Shown here: piece by piece, positions 39,060 through 51,069 of the stretch
Layout of the letters: each line of letters opens with the position of its first letter
Numbering within the stretch: the stretch's first letter is position 1
Source: Felis catus
Taxonomy: Eukaryota
Direction: 5' to 3'
Assembly (NCBI RefSeq): GCF_018350175.1
Contig: NC_058369.1
Span: 3,784,001-3,848,000 of the forward strand
Length of the DNA: 64,000 nt
Notes under the pieces: model-generated
The model's input: only the letters and a program-made list of their open reading frames with translations
Databases searched by the model: none
Told to the model about the DNA's origin: nothing
Program-made: the position numbers and the translations under genes

Positions 39060-39390
39060 AGTGCCAGAGGGCATGGTCCGTGCAAAGGCCCCGGGGCAGG
39101 ACCTGGCCTGGCATATCGGAGGAGCGGTGAGGGGGCCTGTGTGGCTGGGGCAGAGTGAGCGAGGTGGGGTGGGGCGGGACGGGAGGACAGGGAGGGGACG
39201 GGGCAGGTAGTGCACAGCCTTGTGGGCCTCCGGAGGACCTGGGCTTTGACCCCAGGGAGGTGGGACCCTAGAGGGCTGTGGGCAGAGGAGGCGGGACCTG
39301 ACTCTGGTGCTCATGGGCGCCCTCTGGTGGCCGCTCTGTGGAGGCCGGGCTGCGGGGGTGGATGAGGCCAGGAGCCTGGGGACCGGGGCT
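39060..39390 (-). mobile_element. L2-derived fragment containing a CTCF motif (39317-39330)
   Basis: gtgcaaaggccccggggcagga...gtggctggggcagagtgagcgagg is L2a-like; gcgccctctggtgg = reverse complement CCACCAGAGGGCGC. Confidence 0.65.
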
Positions 39391-40177
39391 GACGGGACTC
39401 GCTGAGCATCTGGAAAGGTGGTTTGGCCACAGGCTGGGGTGAGGCAGGCCAGGGGCAGGGAGAGCAGCTTGGGCTTACGGGAAGCTGGACACACGAGCCT
39501 GGGAGCGGGGAGGGGGAGCCTTGGGAGAGACCGGCGTGCAGGTGACATGTTTACGGGACACTCGAGACGGGGACCTGGGACTGGAGCCCTCCCCCCAGGA
39601 GCTGGTGCAGGACTGGGGACGAACCGCCAGCGACGTGGGGGACCCCAAACGGGGTGCTCGGTTTTTCCTCCCCGGCAAAGGGCGTCCTCGCGAGGTGGTG
39701 GCGTCCTGGACAGCGAGTTCCTTTGCTAAAATCACCTGCCACCGCCACCTTCACCCCACTTCTCGGATCCTCCTTTTCGGGGAGCCCCTGCCCCCAGCCA
39801 GGACTCTGTTTCCCCACCTGTTCCAGGCGCCTCTGAGCCTCCCCAGGGCCTGGCAGCCACTGTCTGTCCTCAGCCCCAAGGAGGGGGCTGCAGACCCAGG
39901 CGGTCTGGCTGCAGAGGGCCCGCCGTTTGCACCCCTCAGGTGAGCGGCCGTGCCCAGCCGGTGGGGGTGCCTCGTGCCCGGGCCCCGGGTGCTGGGCCGG
40001 GCCCTGGAGAGAAGTCCGGGGAGAAGGGAAAGACAGTTGCTGGTTCTCTGGAGTTTAGGGCTCAGGAACGCGGGGGGGGGGGGGGCAGGGCACAAATACA
40101 GAGGGTCGGCTGGTGGCCACAGCGACCTCTCAGAGCAGATGTCTGGGAGGTGACGTTTCAGGCATCTGAGCCCTCTT

Positions 40178-40373
40178 GGGGCGCCTGGGTGGCTCGGTTG
40201 GTTGAGCATCCGACTTCCGCTCAGGTCATGATCTCACGTCTGTGGGTTCAAGCCCTGCATAGGGCTCTGTGCCGACAGCCTGCTTCCAATTCTGCGTCTC
40301 CCTCTCTCTGTGCCCTCCCCCGCTCCGGGTCTGTCTCTCAAAAAATAAAAATGTTAAAAAAAAAAAAAAAAAA
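40178..40373 (+). mobile_element. Can-SINE
   Basis: Head, linker and tail; TSD atctga(g/a)ccctc. Confidence 0.9.
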
Positions 40374-40469
40374 GGATCTGAACCCTCAAGGGACAGCCTA
40401 TCAGAAAGACTGGGGACAGGTGCCCAGGATGTGAGTATATAGTCCTGGGACCGGCCTCAGCCACCCGTG

Positions 40470-40650
40470 GCCCTCGAGCCCAATCTGGCCTTCCGCTTGT
40501 TTTTGTCTTTTGTAAATAAAGTTTTATTGGCACACGGCCACGTCCATTCAGTTAGTTGTTACCTCCGGTGGCTTTTGCCCTCCAGGGGCAGAGCCCACCC
40601 TGCCTGCAAAGACAGACGCTCGGTATCGGGCCCCTTACGGAGAGCAACGC
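40470..40650. mobile_element. MER58-like remnant
   Basis: tttgtaaataaagttttattggcacacggccacgtccattc. Confidence 0.6.
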
Positions 40651-40844
40651 GCTCACCCCAGACTTGGGGTGAGCGGGAGGCCGCAGTCCCCACGCCCCCG
40701 CTGTGCCTGCATGTCCCCTGGTTCTCCCGTGGGGCCAGCCCTCGGGCCCCAGGCCCGTCTTGTCTCTCAAAGGCTCCCAGTTAGGCCGCCTGCACCGTTC
40801 GCACCCCACCCCCTCCGGAAGTGGAAAGAGAGACTTTGACCGAA

Positions 40845-41080
40845 GGCCCATCCGCTCAGTGCGTCAGTCAGGCGTCTGGCCCTTGACTTCCGCTCCGGCC
40901 ATGATCTCACGGTTTGTGGGTTCAAGCCCCGCGCCAGGCTTCTGTGCTGACGACGTGGAGCCTGCTCGGGAAGTCTCCCTCTCCCTCTCATCCTGCCCTT
41001 GACCCTGCGCGCGCGTGCGTGCGCGTGTGCGCGCGCTCTCTCTCAAAATAATCTTTAAAAAATAAAAAATAATAAAGAAA
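40845..41080 (+). mobile_element. Diverged Can-SINE
   Basis: catgatctcacggtttgtgggttcaagcccc; A-rich tail. Confidence 0.8.
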
Positions 41081-41199
41081 CACAGCACCCAAGGTGTGCA
41101 TGGGATGTAGTGTATTTGAAAGTAATTTCTGTGGCACCGGCCCGTCTCAGTGGCCCCTACTGGCCCCTGGACACTTCGGCTCTGTTGTCCCCAAATCGC

Positions 41200-41380
41200 A
41201 TCGGCCTGTGACCGTCAGCCTGGGCTTCAGGGCCCACCTGCATAACCCACGATGCTGTCCTCGTCTCCAGACCCTTAACCACATCTGCGAGGACACTTTT
41301 TCCAAATGAGGTCAGAGGCACCAGAAAGTGGGGCGTGGGCATGCATCTGGGGGGCCCCGGTCAAGCCGTTCCAGCGTCCT
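41200..41380. mobile_element. MLT1 (MaLR LTR) fragment
   Basis: gggcccacc...cccttaaccacatctgc...tttccaaatgaggtca. Confidence 0.6.
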
Positions 41381-41959
41381 TTCCCCCCCACAGACCGAGT
41401 GACCCCTGCCTGGTCTCATGACTGTCCCCTACTTGACTGTGGGCCCCACGCGTGTGAGGACAGGGTCTTGGTCCCCTTTGCAGCCCACCATGCTGGCCCC
41501 AGGGCCTGGCGGCCGGATCCTTGAGTCCCGGTGTGGGTGGATGGGCTCCAGACAGCCTCGGGGGCTGGTTCCCTACAGGGGCCGTCGGGAAAGGGTCTCA
41601 AGAGACGAGGGAAGGGAGAGACTAGCCGGGTGAGGGGCGACCTCTCGGGGCACGCCCTTCAGAAGAGCTGTGACTCTCCTGTCACCGTCCGATGTCACAC
41701 AGGTGGTAGCTGACGAAAAGGATCACGCAGGATGCGGTGGGAATCCCCGAATGGAAGAACCACAGGAAGCCAGCCGGGCTACAAATCGGGCTTTGAAAGG
41801 AGTGTTTCGACTGGATAGGGCGAGGCCCAAACCAAAACTACCTCGTGACACTAGGACACTCTAGTTAGAAAAAGCCGTGTCCCCACGGCCTAGCCATCCT
41901 GGAGCTATTTTGTGTAAATACGGAGGGTTGGACACATGCGTAAATTTAAAAAAAAAAAA

Positions 41960-42160
41960 AATTTGTTTGTTTTTGAGAGAGAGAGCGCGAGCGAGCACAA
42001 GCAGGGGAGGGGCAGAGAGGAGGAGAGAGGGAATCCCAAGCAGGCTCCGCGCCATCAGCACAGACCCCAACGCAAGGCTCGAACTCACGAACCGTGAGAT
42101 CATGACCTGAGCCAAAATCAAGAGTTGGATGCCCAACTGACGGGGCCACCCAGGCGCCCC
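41960..42160 (-). mobile_element. Can-SINE
   Basis: Ends ccacccaggcgcccc; T/GA tail. Confidence 0.9.
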
Positions 42161-42164
42161 AGGC

Positions 42165-42310
42165 TTTGGGCTTCTACCCCAGGGAGGTGGGAGCCCTGGA
42201 GGGCTGTGGGCGGGACCTGACTCAGGTGCTCACGGGCACCCTCTGGTGGCCGCTGCGGGGAGGACGGACTGTGGGGGCGGGGGCGGGAGCCTGGGACCAG
42301 GGAGGCGGGG
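42165..42310 (-). mobile_element. Second L2-derived fragment with CTCF motif (42236-42249)
   Basis: Closely similar to 39241-39390; gcaccctctggtgg. Confidence 0.65.
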
Positions 42311-42692
42311 ACTGCGCTGTTCCCGGCTGGGGATGACGGAGAGGACCAGGCGGAAGCAGAGAAGAGTTGTTGGGGGTTAGCACCTTGGAGGTCCCCGCTG
42401 ACCCTGAAAAGGGGCCGTGCGGGTGGAGCAGGGGAGCGAATGCCTGGCTCGGGGTGGGGGGGGGGGGTCCCCAGTCTCAGACACAGAATTCCCCTGTTCT
42501 TTGGTGAAAAGCAATACTCCCTTACAGGGGTGGACTGTGATTTCAATAAATCAGTCCCCTGTGGTTGGACACTAGGATTGTTTCCAGTTTTTCCCAGTTA
42601 GGGACCATGCTACAGCCAGGCCACATTTGCGTGTCTCCTCTCTTGAATGCATTCCTTTAAAAAGAGCGGGGGGGGGGGTGGGGGGTGGGGGT

Positions 42693-43113
42693 GGGGCGCC
42701 TGGGTGGCTCAGTCGGTTGGGCGTCTGACTTGGGGTCAGGTCATGATCTCAGGGTTCGGAAGTTCGAGCCCCGCGTTGGGCTCTGTGCTGACGGCTCAGA
42801 ACCCGGAGCCTGCTTCCGATTCTGCGTCTCCCTCTCTCTCTGCCCCTCCCCCACTCATACTCTCCCTGTCTCTCTCTCTCTCAAAATTAAATAAACATTT
42901 GGGGGTGCCTGGGTGGCTCAGCCAGTTGGGCGTCCGACTTCAGCTCAGGTCACGATCTTGCGGTCCTTGAGTTCGAGCCCCGCATCAGGCTCTGTGCTGA
43001 TGGCTCAGAGCCCAGAGCCTGCTTCGGATTCTGTGTCTCCCTCTCTCTCTGCCCCTTCCCTGCTTGTCTCTGTCTCTCAAAAATAATAAACATTATAAAA
43101 AAAAAAAAAAAAG
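42693..43113 (+). mobile_element. Two Can-SINEs, the second (42902-) inserted in the tail of the first
   Basis: Two heads; inner TSD aataaacatt, outer TSD aaaaagagcgggg. Confidence 0.9.
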
Positions 43114-43811
43114 AGCGGGGTGGCGATCGCTGGCTGGAAGCATCTGTGAAATTACTTTTAATTCCTTCAGCCAGGTGACCCCCTCATACCCATGCGCCCC
43201 GCCGTGTGATGTGGGAGGATGCCACCTCCCAGCCCTCCGGACGGAAGCTGTGTCCCGGCTGTGGTCTTTGTCGGCGGGATAGGTGGAAAGTGGCATCTGA
43301 CCATGCCTCCACGTCCCTTCCCCTCCCGATGAGTCAGGCCGAGCATCCTTTCACACACGATTAAAAAGCTTTTTGTCAGACCTGTCTTGAAACGTATTAT
43401 TTCAAAAAGTCCCCAGTGACCGTTCCCATCACCGAGAGGGTTGATTTGATGTGCAATCTCTCTCCACGCTGTATCCGTCCAGCTCAGCGTCACTCGCCGA
43501 GCCCTGGGTCGGGGGCCACACCCAGGGCGACTCTCCTCTCATTTGATTGCGTGAAATTAGAAAACCCAAGCCCATAATTAGTGTGCGGTGACCGTGGTGG
43601 CAAGTGACTGGTGCTGGGCACCGGCTCCAACCAGGACCCGGAAAATGCAGGGACGGCCCGTCCAACACCTTTCTTGCTCTCCCCCCGCAGGCTGGGCCGG
43701 CGAACCTTCCCACGAGGGGGGCAGCCATGCACCCCGCCCCCCGACTTTGGTCCCGCTGACTTGCAGAGAATCCCCCACTTGGGTCTGCTGAACATTTGGA
43801 CACCATCTCAC

Positions 43812-44261
43812 TTTATTTTTAATTTTTTTAATGTTTATTTGTTTTTGAGAGTGAGCCCGAGCCAGGGAGGGGCGGAGAGAGAGAGAGACAGAGAGAGGAG
43901 AGAGAGAGAGAGCTCCACGGAGCCCGATGTGGGGCTCGAACTCAGGAACCGTCAGATCGTGACCTCAGCCAAAGGACACTAGACACTGAAAACACACGCC
44001 TTGGGGCGCCAGAGTGGCTCATTCGGTTAAATGTCCGACTCCGGCTCAGGTCACGATCTCAGGGTTTGTGGGTTCGAGCCCCTCGTCCGGCTCTGTGCTG
44101 ACAGCTCAGAGCCCGGAGCCTGCTTTGGATTCTGTGTCTCCCCCTCTGTCTGCCCCTCCCCCGCTCACGCTCTGTTTCTGTCTCTCAAAAATAAATAAAT
44201 GTTAACAAAATTTTAAATAAAAATAAAATATACGCCCTGATGGATCACCCGTCTGTGCCCC
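43812..44261 (-). mobile_element. Minus-strand Can-SINE interrupted near its head by a plus-strand Can-SINE (44003-44230)
   Basis: Inner TSD aaaa(c/t)a(c/t)acgcc; probable outer head remnant 44239-44261. Confidence 0.8.
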
Positions 44262-45949
44262 CAACCAGAAAAGAAAACCCTCGGGTATCACTGAGCGTCA
44301 GACGGCCGGTGAGGGAGCCGGTTTTCCAACAGCTCAGTCTCCCAAAGAGCCCCCGACTTGTTCCCGGGGGTGGGGTTGTCGGCCCCAAAGGGGTGGCCCC
44401 CGGGACACCCGAGGGGCCCAACCCGCCCCACGCCCCACGCCCCGCCTCTGAATGTCGGCAGCCGTGGACGTGGCTGGCGCACCCGCCGCCACAAGGAAAC
44501 GTTCTCTCCCAAGTCGTCTTCCGGACACGCGGAGGAGCGCAAATCCTCCAGCGGGCAAAGCGCGGGTCTTTGTCGCTCAGCCGAAGACGGGGCCACGGCC
44601 ATCGCGCTCATCACTTCCTTCCCCACTGTGTCCCCACGGGGAGGAAAGTCGCCCGCACAGGCCGTTGACCGCGCGGAACTTGTCGCTGACGAGTGCCCCC
44701 CTCCCCCACCCTGTCTCTGCGTAGCCAGTGGCGCCTCCTGGCTGTCACCGGAGGGCGCTGCTCACGCTCGCGGCCTATTTCCAGGTCGCGGTATTTACCT
44801 TAGGATTGTTAGCACATCTTTTTACACCTCGATGAACCACTTTCGAGCCACTGATTCGTTTTTGGTTTTGTTTTAAGCTTTTACGTAACATACAGATACG
44901 TACATGTAAGTGAATAATGACCTGGTGAATTTCGACAGTTGGGACAGCTGTGTGATCGGCCCCCCAGACCAAGAAGCGGAACACGCCCACTGCCCCCAGG
45001 AAGCTCCCCCACGAGGCCCTCCGGGTCACTGCGCCCCAAGAGGGTGCCCGCGTCCCATCCCTCGTCATCGCCCCAGATGCGCTTTGCCTGTTTTGGATTT
45101 TATATAGATCTGGAATCTCGCAGGATATCATTCTCTTTGTGTCTGGCCTCTTCTACGCAAAACTGTATCTGTGAGATTCATTCGTATTGTGTCTATCGGG
45201 AGGCAGTGTTTCCTTGTTCATTTTGCATGAACATCTGCGGGGTTTGCATGTTCTAGCGTATGAATAAACCATGATGCATCTATCCAATTCTACAGTTGCT
45301 GGGCATCTGGGTTGTTTCTATTTAGGGCGTCATGAATAGTGCTGAGAACCTTCCCCAACAGGTGCAAGCATTTCTGCTGGGTGCAGACCCAGGAAGGGGA
45401 CAGCCGAGGCGCACCCTTTGCGCATTTTTCCGAGTAGCGTGACACGGAACTACCCGTGAGAAAGGCTACCCCAGGGACCGTGAGGGACAAAGAGCCAGAA
45501 AAGCAATGAAAGGTACTTGCCCACATGTACTGGCCAATGACGCCGTTGAGGCACAGGCGTAGTCTTTAAGGGAAAATCTCACGAGATCCTTGGGAAATGT
45601 GAGCTAGACCCCCCGTTTCAATGTTGCAAAGTCGTCTTGTCGCGTCTCCCTCGGAAGCAACCCAGCAACCCGGAGCCCGCACTCGGAATAACGTGGCTTC
45701 TGCGTCCGAACTCCTCAGCCCGGCTCGGCCACTCAGGTGCGTCAGGCCCGACTTGAATGTTCCTTCTCCAAGGACGGTTCTCCTGACCCTGGGCCAGAAG
45801 GAAGCCCTTCCTCTCCGTGTTCCCATTCCAGCTTTGGATAGATGGTCGTCGTGTCTTCACCCCCGCGGTGAGACATCGCAGAGGGCAGCTCGGGGCCTGG
45901 CCTGCGGCCAGTATTACAGGCTGACTAGGTTAGCAATCGACAATCACTC

Positions 45950-46570
45950 TTGGAAGACTTACCGTTCAGCGAGGTCCTTTGTGTGGCTTTTCTTCTGTGA
46001 TCTTTGCGACAACCTTACGAGCACATTCTCATTTTATACAGACGAGGATGTGGAAGCACAGAGAGGTGAAGTAGCTCGCCCAAGGTCACACAGCAAGCAA
46101 GGGGCAGGGCTGGGGTTTGCATCCCGGATACCTGGGCCCGGAGCCCACATTTTCGGCCCCTTCGGCTGCGGTGCAAGTTGTAACCCAATTACAATTGCAG
46201 GAGGTGGGGACTGGGGGTCTACCTCATTCCGTTAGGGCTCCAGTGACCGACTACCACAGACCGGGCGGCTTACAAACAGTGCCCGTGTGTCTCTCACAGT
46301 TCTGGAGGCTCTAAGTCCAAGATCGAGGTTCTGCGTCTGGCGAGAGCTGCTTCCTGGTCCATAGTCCCCTGTCTCTCGCTGTGTCCTCACCAAGCAGCAG
46401 GACTGCGGGAGCCCCCCGGGGTCTCTTCTATAAAAGCATCGACCCCCTTCACGGGGGCCACACGCTTATGACCTAGTCGCCCCCGAAGGGCCCTCCTTCC
46501 CACCCCATCACCCCTGCGGTAGGATTGAAGGTATGAACTTGGGGAGGCAGGACACGCAAGGCAGTCCACG
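45950..46570. mobile_element. MIR (~45950-46150) followed by MLT1 LTR (~46220-46570)
   Basis: cattttatacagacgaggatgtggaagcacagagaggtgaagtagctcgcccaaggtcacacagc; tctcacagttctggaggctctaagtccaagatcgagg. Confidence 0.7.
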
Positions 46571-46835
46571 ACGGAGATCTGTGGTTCGTGCGCCCGGGAA
46601 GTAATTTGCTCGTAGCTGTTTTCGTGAACCTCCTTTTTCACTTAACCTGACGGCGTGGACGTTTCCCATATCATTAAATATTCATGCCCCACATGTTAGT
46701 ATCCATCTAATATTATAAATATTTTTATTTAGCCGTAATTGATATTCCATTAACGTACACGAAGTTATAAAGCTCCATAGGGTTGGCAAATAACATACCC
46801 CTGCCCCCTGAAATAAATAACTACCACCTGAATTC

Positions 46836-47036
46836 GGGGCGCCTGGGGGGGGGGCTCAGTCAAAGTCCTACTTTTGGTTTCGGCTCAGGTCGTGATCTCG
46901 CGGTCTGTGGGTTCGAGCCCCGCGTCGGGCTCTGTGCTGACGGCCGGGAGCCTGCTTGGGATTCTCTCTCCCTCCCTCTCTCTCTGCCCCTCCCCCACTC
47001 GCCCTGTCCCTCCCCAAATAAACTGAAAAAAAAAAA
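46836..47036 (+). mobile_element. Can-SINE
   Basis: Head, CT linker, A tail. Confidence 0.88.
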
Positions 47037-49315
47037 TATTTCCCTCCTTCCAGAATATTCCCCCGGCAGCCCTCCATGCTCAGAGGCAACCACTGATCTG
47101 TTCTCTGTCCCCGTAGACTGGGGTTGCCTCTTCTAGAACTTTCTGTAAACGGAACCGGGCAGAACACAGGCATTTGTGTCTGCTCTCCCTCCCTCAGCTC
47201 CATGCATTTGAGATTCACCGAGGCTGTGGCGAGTTGCCCACGCGCATTCCTTTTGCATCGCTACGTAGCATCCCGCCCCGTGGCTGGGCCACGGTCCACG
47301 TGGAACGCTCACCGGTTGGCGACATCTGGCAATCACGCATGAAGTGTCTGCGAACTCCCTCACGCCTGCGCGTATCTCCACAGATACAGTTTTATAAGAC
47401 TTTGCCCTTGGGGTTCGCTCTCACGGACACTTCTCCCGCCTGGGGACACTCAAGGCGGTTTCCAGCGTGGGGTGCTGGAATGCTAAAGAATGTTGCGGTG
47501 ACCGTCCTCGCACCCGATCGTAGAGCAGAGAAGGAACGATGCATGGGGTCAGGGGTGCGGCAGGGGCGCTAATGGCCACCAGGGTGGCCGGAGGCAGGTA
47601 AGCAACGGCTCACAGAGGGGTTGGTGTTTTCTGGAAGATCGCTAGGGAGCACTAGGGGGATGCTGAGCCAGGAAAGGTAGGATTGGCCCAGGGTGCGTTG
47701 CAGGGACAGGTCAGGAGACCCCTGTGTTATCTCCTGAAGGGCCATCGCGATGGGACAGAAGAGCGGACCGCGGGCCGCTCTCGAACTCTTGCCTCGGCCG
47801 GAGTCAGTGCCGTGACCATCTGATAATGGAATCTGTTCGGAACAGCTGCCTGGTGACAAGTATAATAAAGCGTATTAATGAGGCCATTATTACTCCCTAA
47901 TTAAAAGCTAATAACTAAGAGTTAATTGCCTTTAAAAGATGAAGCAAGGCTGGGCTGGGATTTATCTCTGTTTGCCTTTGCGTGCCTGGATAGGCTGATA
48001 TTTGGGAACTAATTAATTGAATCAAATCTTAAGAAAACTAATAATGTCCTCATGCCGTTTGGGCCGTGAATTAAAAGGTGTCTGAGCGCCTTCATCTGGA
48101 GTCCTGTGCCCTCGGATCCTGCACTGGGGAGCCTGGGAGCTGGGCGAGGGCGAGGCGGGCGTCTGGGGGCACCTGCCCGTCCTTGGCCTCTGGGGGCCCG
48201 GGTGTCCCCGAGTCAGGCTGCCCAGAGCTGCCCACACACCAGACGGCCCAGCCAGGCCCCCGAGCGGCTTCCACTGCTATTAATAATTATTGTTACCTTT
48301 GGCCTTGACCTCACTGAGGACTCCCAAGAAATTGCAAAACACTCGTACAGAGAACCCCCAGTAATTGCATTTTACAGACGTCGTGCCTCACGGAAACCAG
48401 GAAATCCGCACAAACACAGTCACTCCGGCACGAGCCTCTCGCGACTTCACCAGGGAGCCTTTCTCAAGACTTTTTAAATCCACATATATACAATTTTCTT
48501 TTAATTTCTTCCCCCGGTGCTCATAAGGTTCAAACTTTGGGTCATTTAACCATACGATAGGTATTTAATGGTGTCCCTTCTGCCCTTCCTGTGCTGGTGG
48601 AAACCGGGGCTTCAGGCTTGGCTTTTAGGGAGCCCCCAGCCCGGGAGGAGATACAGTCGGAACCTCACCCCCCTCGCCCTATGGGGCCGGGGGTGCCAAG
48701 GGGACTGGAGTGGGGCCCCCAGAATGCTGCTTGGAGGAAGCCGCTGCCGGAGCCGGGCTTTGGAGGACGACAACAAGTTGTCTGGGGAGAAATGGCGACA
48801 CGTAGGAAGGCACCGTGTTGCAAGGCGGGGTGGGGAGCCCAGAGCTGGAAGGCAGCAGGGGTTCAGCGGGACCTTGCACTGGGGGTTAAGAGGCTGCCCT
48901 CAGTGGAGAGCCACAGGGGGCCGTCTAAATCGCAGAGCTGGCAGAGCCCCTCGGCTGCTCAATCACCTTCCATGGCTCCCCATTGCCCCCAGGATAAAGT
49001 TCAAACCATTATGGGCACTGCTTACAAAGGCTGTGGGCATCTGGTCCCTGAGACCTTCGCCCCTTGATTTTCTGCCTTTGGTGCGTCTACACTTACGGTA
49101 ACTATTGATAGGTAAGGACGCACCGCTGTCCCTTTGTCCACTGCTTCCTGGCTGTTTTGTAGATCTGATCTCCTTTGCTGCTTGGCGCGTTTTGATGTCT
49201 TGGGTATCGGTGTGTCTTAGACTGCTTCGTCCTGTTCTTTTGCAAAATTACTATCGGTTTTTCCTTTGTGGTTACCATGAAGCATCCATAAAGTACCCTA
49301 AAATCATAACACCCT

Positions 49316-49511
49316 ATTTTTTGAGAGAGAGACAGAGAGAAAGAAAGAGAACATGAGCAGGGGAGGGGCAGAGAGAGGGGGAGACGCGGAATCCGAAACA
49401 GGCTCCAGGCTCCGAGCTGTCGGCACAGAGCCCGACGCGGGGCTGGAACTCATGGACTGCGAGATCGTGGCCTGAGCTGCCGCTTAATCGACCGAGCCCG
49501 CCAGGTGCCCC
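49316..49511 (-). mobile_element. Can-SINE
   Basis: Ends ccaggtgcccc; GA linker. Confidence 0.88.
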
Positions 49512-50455
49512 TTTCTCGCGATACTTTGAACGGGGCCGCCCGGTGCCCTCCCGGCCTGAGGGCTTGCTGCTGAGACGTCCACCTGTGGTCTGATGGGGGC
49601 TCTCTTGGGGCGGGGGGGGGGGGGGGGGGGGGAGCCCCGGCCTGAGCTGCGGGGTCGGAGGGGGCGCTGCCGGCCGGAGGGGACCGCCGGCTTGCTTCCG
49701 GCGGCGGGACGGGCACCGCCGCGGTCGGGCTCCCCCTTCGGGTGGGACTGGGGGCTTTGCAGCGGCTCCCGTGGGGGGAGGGGCGGTCTGCGCGAGCAGC
49801 CTCCCAGGTGCTCCCGGTCAGGCTCCCTGGCCCGATGGCAGGTGGGCTCAAGTGTGCGCGCCGGGGCTCGGGCCAGGCTCCGGGGCCGTGGGGTCCTTCC
49901 CCCCGGAAGGCCCGGCTCAGATTGCTGCCTGGCGGCCGCCTCGGAGGGGAGCAAGCTGCTGGTGGGGACTCCTGCTGGTCTGGCAGGCGGGAGCAGGTAG
50001 GAACTCGGTGGCACCACGCGGCCCCGGCTGACCCCTCCCCCCCCCCCACCCCGTCCCTCCCCGGGCACAAGCTTGTTGCCAGGGGTCAAGCCCCAGATAC
50101 TCCCCTGCACACCCCGCGGTGCGAGACCAGAGCGGGAGTTCCCAAGGGGCGCCCCCCAACGCTGGGGGAGCCCGGTGCCCGCCCTGGACTTCCTGGCACC
50201 CCCTCGCTCCCCCCGCCCCAGCCCACCCCAGCAGAGGCGGCTTCAGGAGAGACCCCTGGAGCGGGGCTGCGCCGGCGTGGGGGAGGGGCAGCGCCGGCTC
50301 CCTCCGTCCCTCTGCTTCGGCCTCACCCCTGCGTTCTAGAATTTTCTCCCTGCTGTCTGGTCCCCCAGATCGTTTGTTGCTGTTCTCATGAGGGAGCCAA
50401 GTCAGCCATGGCCTATGTGGCCGTCTCGGTGACTTCGCTTCCTGATTCTCCACTT

Positions 50456-50656
50456 TTCGGTTTGTTTGTTTTTTGAGTTTATTTATTTACTTGGAGAGAA
50501 ACAGCGTGAGCGGGGGAGGGGCAGAGAGGGAGAGAGAATCCCAAGCAGACGCTGAGCTGTCAACACAGAGCCTGACACGGGGCTCGAGCCCACAAACTGT
50601 GAGATCACGACCCGAGCCCACACCTCCACTTAACCCACGGAGCGGCCAGGTGCCCC
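50456..50656 (-). mobile_element. Can-SINE
   Basis: Ends ccaggtgcccc; tttatttattt tail. Confidence 0.85.
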
Positions 50657-51069
50657 TGATTCCCCGCTTTTATCCTTCAGGCCCACCGGCCTGGGGGTCC
50701 CCACCCCCACCTCCTCCAGGCCTGGGTGTTTCTTCTCTCTCTGCCCACGGACACCAGGGCCCTGGGCTCTCAGTTTGGATGTCGCCTGCTCTAGGAAGAC
50801 TTCCTACTCCCTGATTGCGCTGGTGAGCTTCCTGCCAGGGACATCCGTGTCCGGTGCCCGGCTCCCCATCGGTCGGTGTTTGAGGGCGCCCGGGTCGGCT
50901 GAGCATCTTCGAGCATTCCCAAGGGGAGGGAGATGTCCTTGTGGACGGGGAGCGACATCCAGAAAGGGCTCGGGAGGACCGGCCCACGCCAAGTCCCGCA
51001 GGCAGGACTGGCCAGCGTCAGGCTCAGTGGACTTCAGCCATTCTCTCTCTCTTTCTTTTCTTTTTTTTT

